Below, one piece after another: positions 11,471 through 21,352 of a DNA stretch of 64,000 bases. The position numbers were made by a program, and so were the translations under genes. Each line of letters opens with the position of its first letter. The stretch's first letter is position 1. The notes beneath the pieces were generated by a model. The model was not told where the DNA came from, ran no database searches, and saw only the letters and a program-made list of their open reading frames with translations. Source of the DNA: Zygnema circumcarinatum SAG 698-1b (Eukaryota > Plantae > Zygnematophyceae); contig CM074819.1 of assembly GCA_037447605.1 (NCBI GenBank), positions 2,283,580 to 2,347,579 of the forward strand, given 5' to 3'.

Positions 11471-11711
11471 GGCTTCCTTCTACTGCTGCGTTCCTCCCTC
11501 TCTCTCTCACTGGCTCTCTCTCTCTCTCTCACACTGGATCTCTCTCTCTCACTGGCTCTCTCTCTCTCTCACTGGCCTTCTCTCTCTCGCTCTCCTCCCG
11601 GTTCTTCCACCGCCTCTCTCTCTCTCTCTCTCTATACGCGGCGCGGGGCGCTCTCCGGCTTGGATTTGGGGGCACATGCACATGCACTTCGCCGACACGG
11701 GAGCTGCATCC

Positions 11712-11995
11712 TGATTGGCCGCGCGCCACGTGGCGTCCCCAAATGTGCGGAGACACGTGGCAGGACGGCAGGACCGTACTAAGGGATCATGGCTGTACGG
11801 CTGGACGAAATGCCGGGCGGGAGGGCATGGATCGCTGTACGGGGAATGTAGCGCAGACGGTTACGGCTGTAGCGGAGGGGTACACGTACGGCGGATTCGA
11901 GAATTGTGGCGGCCGTACTGCAGCCTATGCGGATCGGGGGCCGGCGGGACGATGCCACACGTGCGGCGGCTACAGTCGCAGAAGTCACTGTACGG
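11712..11995. promoter_or_regulatory. LCIB copy 1 promoter: six CCGTAC/GTACGG sites, G-box/ABRE, CCAAT
   Basis: CCGTAC or GTACGG at 11774, 11795, 11837, 11886, 11913, 11990; GCCACGTGGC 11725; ACACGTGGC 11753; ATTGG at about 11714. Confidence 0.65.
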
Positions 11996-14191
11996 CGGGT
12001 CCTGTCGTCCACTGTGCGGAAAGTGCACTTGGACAGGGGCCGCCTCTGTTCAAGGAAAGTGAGGGAGGGGAGGGGAGGGGAGGGGAGGGAAGGGGAGGCC
12101 ATGGCGGCTGTGCAGAGGCAAGGGGGGGGGCGGCGGGACAGCGGGCAGCCGAGGCCTGGGAGATTGCAAAGGGACCGTTTTGGAGAGTTGAATTCGATAT
12201 CGCCATTAGAGCGGATTATCTTTTCATTTGACTCCTAACTGTTCACAGGAATCACAAGAGAAGCTCCGCTTAAATTTCCTTCCAGGTTAACGTGAACGTG
12301 CAAGTGACTGCAGCTATCGCAAACAATCACCGCGCCACGCTTGGTTTCTTTCTGTTGCGCATCTACACCATCGCATCGCCTTCTGAACGCGTCCGAATCG
12401 ACTAGGATAGTAGTTGTCAACGTTGCTTCAAGGGTACGAACGTAGCTGACGTGAAATGTGATCACATCCCTGGTATGGATGCTTGAGTGGGATTTCTCGT
12501 TCGTCAATGGACGAGCAGAATAACTTCGCTAACGTTAACAAATTAAGTCACGTGTTTTCTGTGAGACCGCTACGAAAAAGGAACAGTTGTTGCTGGGAAC
12601 ATTATGCATTATAATTTTGGCAGGAATTGACAGATATTCACTTCAGATGTTTTCTACTTCGTCAGTGAGCGTAGCAGACAGCTTCAACTAGTTTCTAAAT
12701 AGAAGTGCAAGTTGAATGTTTTACAACGAATAGAACATGGCATGCTTCGTCAAACCAGCCGTCGATGTCTGCAAGCAGGACTTCCTCAAGACTGGCTGGA
12801 AAGCGCAATGGCTGTTTAGAAACGCACGACAGGTTTCCACCATTAGAGAACGAGCCCTCTTATCGCCATATGCATGTGATGTGACCAGACAGCTGAGGCC
12901 ACTACTATCCCCTGGCAACTATGCGAAAACCTGCGCAGCTTCGCAGCCACAGGAAAGCACGCACGTCTTTCCGGTGTTGTATGGTCGATGCAGGGCACAG
13001 ATATTCTCGCCTCCCTCTTCTGACATGCTCCAGTAGACTTGAAACCTCATTTGTCGAGAGCAGTACAGAACAAAAGCATTACTGACATTAGCGTCAATGC
13101 ATAATAGCAGTGACGCTCTCGCTTTTCCGCAATGCCCATTGCCACCCTTTCCTACTCCCTCTCCCTCTCCGCTGCAGAGACGCACAGCACATCATTCGTC
13201 GCACCTTTCAAGAGAGGTGGCATTTGCTCCTCACAGGGCCTACGTCTACTATATCCCTCACGCTTCCTGTGCGCCAGCCCTTCTTCCTTTCTCGGCCTTC
13301 CCCCATCCGTCTCTCTCGTCCTAGTGCGACCCTTCCTCTCTCTTCCCCCCTCTCGCTCAACCTCGTCACCCCACCTCCACCTCATTCGACATGTCTACCA
13401 CTTTCTGCTTCCCTCTTCTCTTCCAACCCTTAATTTCAACTCATTTCCTCAAAATCTGACAACACCTCCCCAAAATCTCGTTTCTTCTCCATGCCCTACC
13501 TGACTCTTTCCATGCTCCTGTCCTTCCCTTGGTCGCCCACCCTCCTCTAGCCGCTCATCCTTTACATCCTCAATTTGCGAGATTCCTAGGTGTGCATAAA
13601 TCTTCTGCTGCATCTCTCCCGCCACCTCCTTACCCCCTGGCTGAAGCCACTCGTAGCTTCCTCCCCCACCCCTTTTCCCTACCCTTCCTTTTCCCCCGCA
13701 GTGCCTCTATTGCACTTTTTCCCACTCGACCTCTCACATCGTCCCTCCCCATCGCCCATCACCCTCTCCAGTCTGGCCACATCCCGTCCCCCTCTCCCAC
13801 CATCGGCACTCAGACAGTTCATTCCCGTTAGCTACCTCCCTTCCTGCATGATAGCACTCACCTTTCTTGCGAAGGCCGCGTTCCCTCGCTGCTTTCTTCG
13901 CTGAAATCTCAGCTTCTTCTTCTGCTTCTCACCTCCAAATCGAGTCATCAGAAAGTCTCTCAGCATAGACACTTGAGTCGAACATTTGCAGTGCAAACCC
14001 GAAAGAATAAAAACCCCAAAAAAAGACTTCATCAACGTGTAACGTTAGAATAAAGTATTCCAACATCAGAACGGATGTAGAATTTAGGCTAGCATAATTT
14101 TCAGAAGCAGACAAGATTAATAGCCTTTAATAATTAGGCCTTTAATTTTCATCTCATCGTTTCAAAACACATTGCGGATTAGCTTCAGTGC

Positions 14192-14460
14192 AGAAGGCGT
14201 GGCAGTATGGCAGTGAAGTAATATACAATGGAACTATATAAGCTGCACAGGTTATACCGTAGTCCAAAGGGCAACACCGACCTGAATAGTAGAAGGCATT
14301 GCAGTGAACAGTGAAGCAGTTTACAACGAAACAATATAAGCTGCAATGATTGTTCTGTAGTGAGCAGCACTGCAGACCTGAAGTGCAAGACGTGGTATTG
14401 AAGCAATAAAGCAGTATATAACAGTACAATATAACCTGAAGAGATTATTCTGTAGCCAGG
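14192..14460. repeat. Degenerate tandem repeat, three copies of about 95-99 bp
   Basis: Recurring anchors: AGAAGGC (14192, 14291) and ATATAAGCTGCA/ATATAACCTGAA (14236, 14334, 14429), plus repeated TGTAG and GACCTGAA motifs. Confidence 0.65.
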
Positions 14461-14972
14461 GATAATTGTACACACCTCGACTACTGCAATTCCACCAAAA
14501 GCAACCGATCGACTTGATCTGTTACCCATATCGCAATGCCAGTTGACTTTCCACAAACTTTGCACGTCAATATAAGAGCACTTTTCCAACAGCACCATAA
14601 AATTAAAAAACTTTTTGACTTTCCAAATTTTCACACGCCTCTTGGGCGAATGCTCCACTAGTACACATAGACAAGGTACTCAAGATCGCTAGAAAAAACT
14701 CCTTTCCACACACTTCCGCGTCAGAATCTTAAAACCGCCTAATAAGGACTGACACTAATACCTCTCAAGCGTAAGCACTGCTCCCCCTATCTTCAGAACC
14801 TCTCCTGCATGCGCGCAGCACTGGACCCTGCATTGGGCGTTTCCAGCTCGTTACTTTATACAACGGCAATTGGATGTTTCCACAGAGGACAGACCTACTG
14901 TCTGCCCGCACTTCTCTATTCCGTTATTGCACGGAAGCGGAACTACAAGATCCTCAGCAGCACTCGAACTCC

Positions 14973-17331
14973 TCACGCAGACACGAGCTGGGCGCTGACT
15001 GACTTAATGGCGCTGATCTGGTTAACTTCGCAGTGCAAGATGGACTTCTCCCCGCGGATCACAGCATACCTGCAATGCATGCAATGCGCGACCATTGCAA
15101 TCAGTCAGTAGCTAACAAGCAATCTTGCAGAGGCGCAACATTAACTCTTCGTCTGTGTAGGCACTCAGGATTTCTAAATTCACTCACATTGTTCCGGGAG
15201 CGACGTAGTCGACTGTCCTGTCCAAGCGGAAAGGCTCACCGGGAACCTGCACGCAGAAAGAAAACGACGTGAGGGGAAGTTGGACAATGTCGCAAAACAC
15301 ACAGGAAAGAAGACGCGGAAAGAGAGAAAGAAAGGTAAAACAATGAAAGGAGGGGAAGTTTGACCTGAGCGCCGGAGTGAATCTGCACACCAGTGATGAC
15401 AGCGTAGTCTGAGGTCTCAGGGTTCACAGTCTTGGAGATGAGGAGCTCCAAGTCGTCGGTGATAACCTGCAGGGAGAAAAAAAGAGGTTAATGGCTGGAG
15501 AAGAAAAACCACACTGCAGCAAAAGTTTCCCCTATCGAGAACAACTGCTTTTGAAGTCAGAGTCTCACCTGCAGGGAAGCCTTGGTGACGTCCACCAGGG
15601 ACGGGCCAAGAGGACCGGCGTCTCTGCAAACGGGCTGCATAAAGAAGGGAATGCAGGGTTAGAAATGGAAAGCAGACACTGGGAAATGTAACCAGCTGAA
15701 ATCATAGTTGAGTTAAATTTTCGAGCTCAATTACCTGGCTGAGAACCTTCCTCTTGAGCGTAATGTACTCCGCATCCTCGTCGTCATCAGCAATCTCTCC
15801 ATCGCTGGCACTGTTCTTGATGGCGATGAGCGCTCCGCACGCGCTGGAGGGCTTACCGCGGCCACGGCGAAGGAGAGAGCCGACCTCGCCGCTCTCACCG
15901 ATGGACACGTGCGGGAACGCAAAGAACACATCTGCGGGCAAACGCGCGGAGAGGCAGAAGAAGAGAGGCAGAGAGAGGCGGGCAAGAACAGGCCGGCGAA
16001 AGGTTAGTCAACGTGCAGGCGCAGGGAAGGGGCAGGAACGGGGCGAGGGAGGGGGGCGGGGCGGCACTGACAGCGTTCGCGCGGCTTGCCGTCCTTGTCG
16101 CAGGGGAACTCGGGGCTGTGGGACATGCCGGCCTTGAACCCCGTCTTGCCGCAGTTGATGAGCCCGCCCAGCCCGGACACGTTGAAGGACAGCCCGAACG
16201 TCTGGTCGATGTACGTGGCCAGGGGCCGGCACACCTGCACGCCAAAAAACACTCACGTTCGCTCAGTGCGGGGATGCAATAGGCCAATGCAATGTGCGTT
16301 TCAGACTGCTGAACATTTCAGTCAATAAATTTTAAAGTAAAGCAAGGTCAGGGCAGCAGGTATTACCTCATCACGGCAGGTGTTCACAAGAGCGATGCAG
16401 TTATCTCTGCATAACATCCCAATCCGACCCGCTGTCAGTAGCAAATACGATGCACCACCGACATGCATAAGAAATATTTTCTACCTCTGCCTTCGCCTCT
16501 ACCTCCTCCCTCCCGTCCTCCTTGCCTCCCACCTGCTGAAGCCGAGGTTGAAGAGCTCCTCTGCCACGGCGGAGACGAAGCTCTCATCCTGCATGGCGTT
16601 GGGGAAGTAGTAGCTGATGGTCGCCAGCGCCGCGGGCGCCGCCCTCTTGTTGAACTTCGACACCGCGCCGTTGACAACCACGGGAGCCGGAGCCTCCTCC
16701 TTGGTGGTCATCTTCTTGAAGACGGCGTAGCTGGTGGCTCCCAGGAGGCCACCCAGGGCGAGCACAGCGGGGACGGGGGGCTGCGCAGCAGCAGTGCTCG
16801 CGGAGACGGAGGCCGTCTGCAGGCCGGCGAAGGAGACCTCATTGCCTGCCAAGATTGCAAAATACCAATTAATGAAAAAGATTTTCAAGAATCCGCATGT
16901 TCCTTAAGTCTTGTCCCTTTCCTGCATATCATTTGACGGACTACGACAGCTACCTGCACTGAAAATCTTAACTTAAAGGGATTTACGAGTTAGTCTCTAC
17001 CACAATGCCTCTTACTCTAGACCTCCTTCCGGTTCATCACATTGCTATCAACATCGTCCTTGCTAAGGCCATCGTTCTTTGACCATCATTTCTTCCCATA
17101 ACACTTAAACCATTTATCTCCCATTAATACTCTCGTTCTTACAACTTCCCCTCCCACAACAACCGCAAAGCCCTTACTCGCAGCGGAGCTCTCCCCAGCC
17201 TGAGCGAGCACGACGCGAGACACCTTCGCCACTCGCGCAGTCTGTGCCTTGACAGCGACCTCCTTCCCTGCAGAGCGCAGGCCTGACCACTGGAGGGCCT
17301 CCATTCTCAAGCTGGCGCTGGCGGTGGCCAT
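14973..17331 (-). CDS. LCIB: LCIB-family protein, copy 2 (tandem paralog), 9 exons
   Basis: Same intron positions as copy 1 (exon 1 17331-17178, exon 2 16845-16533, exon 3 16406-16367, exon 5 15931-15735, last exon ends at TGA 14973). Motifs NTCRDE, FAFPH, SACGAL, DYAVITGVQIH and YAVIRGE are present. Confidence 0.95.
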
Positions 17332-17556
17332 GGCTTCCTGGAAGAGAAGTGCGGAGACAGACGGGTGGGGAGCGTGTGGGCGAGAGGCTGGCTGGCTAGC
17401 TGCGAGGCGGGGAGCAAGCAGTACTGAGTGCGCGATGGGTCCCCGTCCGGCCTTTAGCGCCTCTCCCTCCCTCCCTCCCTCACGCGGTGGCCTGAGAGCG
17501 CGGCCAAGTGCACGCGCGGACCGGCCCTGGCCCGGGAATGGATGAGGCCGGCCTCG

Positions 17557-17712
17557 CCGTACAATATGTACGAATAGTACGGCCCACGGTGCTGCCAATG
17601 TGCGGCCCTGGAGGCTGCCGTGCGGTACGAAAGGAGCGACGGCCGTACGGACGAGCGAGGGGGGCGCTCTCGCCGGTGCTTGGCGAGGAGTGGACCGCAC
17701 GTGCCGCACGTG
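17557..17712. promoter_or_regulatory. LCIB copy 2 promoter: five CGTAC-core sites and tandem CACGTG
   Basis: CCGTAC 17557, GTACG 17568, GTACGG 17577, GTACG 17626, palindromic CCGTACGG 17643; CACGTG at about 17698 and 17707. Confidence 0.6.
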
Positions 17713-18892
17713 CGGGAGTGGGGGGGACCGGCGTTTGGGGAGAGGGGGAGGGAGGGAGGAGGGTAGGTGAGTGGGCGGGCGTGGGGTCGGGAGGGGGAGG
17801 GGGAGGGGGAGGAGGAGAGGGAGAGGGAGAGGTGGAGGAATGAGGGGGCTTGTGGAGAGAGAGGCGCAGGTGAGGATGAGAGGGAGGGGGACAGTCGATG
17901 GAGATAGGGGAAAGGAGGAGAGGGCTTCGCGGTGGAAACGGAGGGAAGGGAAGGGAGGGTGGAGGGTTGGGCGCAGAGTAGGAGACTTTGATGGCTTTGA
18001 GATTCAGTTGTTACATTCATCCAGCAAACCACCCTTTGACAACTCGTGTGAGGGAAATAATGATTTTTTCTGACTTAAACAAAGTTTGTCCTTCATTCAT
18101 CTACCAAGAGTCTGTCTTAAAATTGGAAAATTTCTCAGTTCAGGAAGTCAGAGTTAACGACTACGTTGACGACTCCTGATGCACATGTTCAATGCACGCA
18201 TTCAAGGTGACTTCGGTGCCGGAAAAGTATTCCGCTATCAGTAGACAATGCAGCATTTCTGTCGTCGGACATAATCCGGCAGCGGGAAAGCGTGTATGCT
18301 GCGAAGGCTTGCGCCCAGTGAGGCGTACGGATGGCCTCGCTCACCGCTGGGGAGCAAGGAGACGTGCGCAGGCAGGCAGGCGTCCAGGCAGGTCCCGTGT
18401 CCAGGCCCCCGCCTCCCCCCGGGCAGCATTGGGCCCCTCCCTGCTCGACGGAGGCCACTTCGCCCAACCCTTGCTCCATGCGCTCAGGGAATGTATGCGG
18501 ATCAGTTCACTACTGGGGAGCAGGAACAGGATCCTCTTCGACAGGTAGGGGTGGGGGTAGGCTTGCAAATCGATGGAGTTTGTTTTGAAGGGCGACTTTT
18601 TTATTCGCAGTTACAACTTGTTTCGCGGGGAAGGGTGCACTGATGTGAGATTCAAAAGTGTGAATGTTTTCGAAGTCTGCAACCCCGAATAGCGTAGGGG
18701 CAGGTCTGCAAAAGGGAGGCCGGAGGTGCAGACGCAAACTGAAACGTCTAGCGCGGTTGGCCGTCCGTGCGAGAAACCTCTTTTCGCGCTCTGCTGACCG
18801 CCTGCTTTTGCAGATCCCTTCCCTCCCTCTCTCTCCCTCCCTCCCTCCCTCCCTCAGTTTGCAGGGCCTACTTTCTCTGGCCCTTTCACTTG

Positions 18893-19378
18893 TCCCGTCT
18901 GCACGTCTGCCCGTATGGCTGACTGGCCGTCTGCCCCCCTGCCCCTCTGCCCCTCGGCCCGCCTGCCCGTCTGCCCGTTTTCCCGTCTGGCTGTCTGGCC
19001 GTCGGCCCCTCTGCCCGTCTGGCCGACTGGCCGTCGGCCCCTCTGCCCGTCTGGCCGACTGGCCGTCGGCCCCTCTGCCCGTCTGGCCGACTGGCCGTCG
19101 GCCCCTCTGCCCGTCTGGCCGACTGGCCGTCGGCCCCTCTGCCCGTCTGGCCGACTGGCCGTCGGCCCCTCTGCCCGTCTGGCCGTCGGCCCCTCTGCCC
19201 GTCTGGCCGACTGGCCGTCGGCCCCTCTGCCCGTCTGCCCGTCGGCCCCTCTGCCCGTCTGGCCGACTGGCCGTCGGTCCCTCTGCCCGTCTGCCCGTCT
19301 TGCCGACTGGCCGTCGGCCCCTCTGCCCGTCTGCCCGACTGGCCGTCTGCCCCTCTGCCCGTCTGCCCGTCTGCCTGT
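18893..19378. repeat. GC-rich minisatellite built of 8-bp monomers, with a 32-bp higher-order unit CTGGCCGA-CTGGCCGT-CGGCCCCT-CTGCCCGT
   Basis: The unit is read directly in several perfect copies at about 19019-19180. The flanks show monomer deletions and substitutions. Confidence 0.92.
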
Positions 19379-19550
19379 CCCCCCCCGAACAGGCAGACGG
19401 GCGGGTCCATTCTCCCCCGCGTGCCGCCCCCCAGGCCGCCACGTGGTGGGCCGGGGGCCGGCCAATCCCCGCTCCGCAGCCCGTGGCCCGCGGGGCTGCC
19501 GTACAGGTTGCCTGGACGTCCTCATACAGTAGTTTGTTCGGACAACCAAT

Positions 19551-19800
19551 TACACCCGATAATGGTTGGCAACCATTGAATTCAAGGTTGTCAACCAAAA
19601 CACACGTACGACCCAATCTTGAACCCACCAACGGTTCCGGACCCCACCAACGGTTCCGGACCATTCCCATGGTTGCCAACCATTGGATCCAATGGTTCTG
19701 AACCATTCAAATGGTTGCCAATGGTTGCTAACCACTCGAATGGATGCTTCGGTTCGGTGGCAGTGGTCTGGACCCATTCGAATGGTTGATCCAACGGTCC
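19551..19800. repeat. Array of short palindromes/inverted repeats built on AACCATT/AATGGTT
   Basis: AATGGTTG-G-CAACCATT 19561-19577, perfect 20-bp AACCATTGGATCCAATGGTT 19678-19697, AACCATT-CA-AATGGTT near 19701, CCATTCGAATGG near 19774. Confidence 0.85.
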
Positions 19801-21352
19801 GCCCTGCGAAGGGAACTGCCCCTTGGTGACTGTTGCCAGAACCGCACCTCCGCTGACCGTTGACCTTTGGAATATTTTTTTTCAAGGCGGAGAAAAGTGT
19901 CGCCAAGCCTTTGATTGGCAGCCTCGAGGTGGGGAAAAAAAAAAGCCGCACACTCCGGAGAGGCGGGAAAATTTTCAGGGGCAGAAAACCTGTCCTGTGA
20001 CTTTCTTCTTGCTAAGTCAGAGATCGCGTGCTAAAGTTAGTAGTGGATGTCAACTCTGAAAACTTGCACGCATATGAAGTTCGAAAGCCGAATGTGAAGA
20101 GGGTCAAAGTTCAGAGCTTCAGCTGTCAGAATCCACAGAATCCGCTCCGCCCTGTTGCATCCCCCAGAACTGCTGCTGGTCCCGCATCATGCGCATGCAT
20201 GCAGGCATGCAGCGGGCTGAGTTCGCCACCGCCGGCGCTGGCCTCTGCCTCTGCCTCTGCCTTTGCAGCGCCAAGAGCAGGCCCGGCCGTGCTGAAGCTG
20301 GCCAGGGAGTGGACCAGCCGCTGGAACGTTTGCCACTCATCGATTCGCGACCCAACCATTGATGATTGGCTTCAACGGCTGCGACGCCGGCGCGGCGGTA
20401 CCGTACGGCTGCGAGGCCCAGAAAGGGGACGGCCAGCCCGACGGCAGTCACGTCACGCGACGCGTGCAGGGCAGGGCGGAACCACGAAGGAAAGAGGGAG
20501 ACGCGCCGCGACAACGGACGGACGGACGGACGGACGGACGGACGGGACCAAGGAACGGCGCAATAGCATTTAGCTTGCAACATAACCACAAACCTCGATA
20601 GTTTTCTGAAAGCCTCGATTCTTCATTCTCCTTTGAACCTGTTTGAAGGCACCCCATGTTTCCACGTATATTTGTATATTTTGGAAGATTAATATTTCCG
20701 GTGCGCGGCGCGGCAGGACTGACTCGGCCGGAAGTGTCTTCTAGTTCGTCCGGTGGCTCAAAGAGAAGCACAACACAACACATCACATCTCATGACAGCA
20801 GTGATAGCGATGATGCGAAGGCCCGCGACGGTGGGTTTCAGTGTTGTCCGTATTCATGTCCGAGTCCAAGCCCCGCGCCTTGCTCGTGTGTCCAGGGGCG
20901 CCACCCCCACCAAGAAGCAAAACAAAGCAACCATTCGCATGCGGAGGGTCAGTCCTGAAGGGGCCAACGGACGATGGCTGCCACGCATACTGTCGGCAGG
21001 CACGCAGTGCTGCACTGCACTGCACTGCGAATGTCAGACTTTCAATCTTTCTCCATGTCCCTTTGAACGCAGACAAGCAAGTTCGCGGGCTTTGAGAAAA
21101 ACAACATGTCATTGAGTTTTGCTTATCACATGTGACATGTGGGTTTGAAGAAAACGTTGAGCATGTTTCGCAGAATCCGATTACCGCCATCACATGACGA
21201 AGTCCCCGGCAACAGCATTCATTAGAATTCAGAAAATTCAAGAGGTGCACATTATATTTTTTAGAGCCCAACGCATCAGGCTTACAAAAGTTTGCTTTGA
21301 CGGCTTCCATACCAGCTTGCGCCCAAGGCAGAAGTGCCCGCCCTATCTGAAG

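Noticed and set aside
12200-14100. Possible extra gene between the LCIB copies (ORFs of 60-120 aa)
   Set aside because: Pyrimidine-rich low-complexity sequence; I could not build a phase-consistent exon chain or find a recognisable domain.
18189-18650. Possible transposase fragment next to the minisatellite
   Set aside because: No DDE, RT or Rep/helicase motif, and no terminal inverted repeats or target-site duplication that I could identify.
18893-19378. CRISPR-like appearance of the 32-bp repeats
   Set aside because: The units are head-to-tail with no unique spacers, the context is eukaryotic, and there are no cas genes.
18510-19706. Long ORFs (398, 345, 231, 205 aa) over the GC-rich repeat
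   Set aside because: They are open only because the octamer minisatellite lacks stop codons. The translations are periodic, occur on both strands and show no domain or splice structure.
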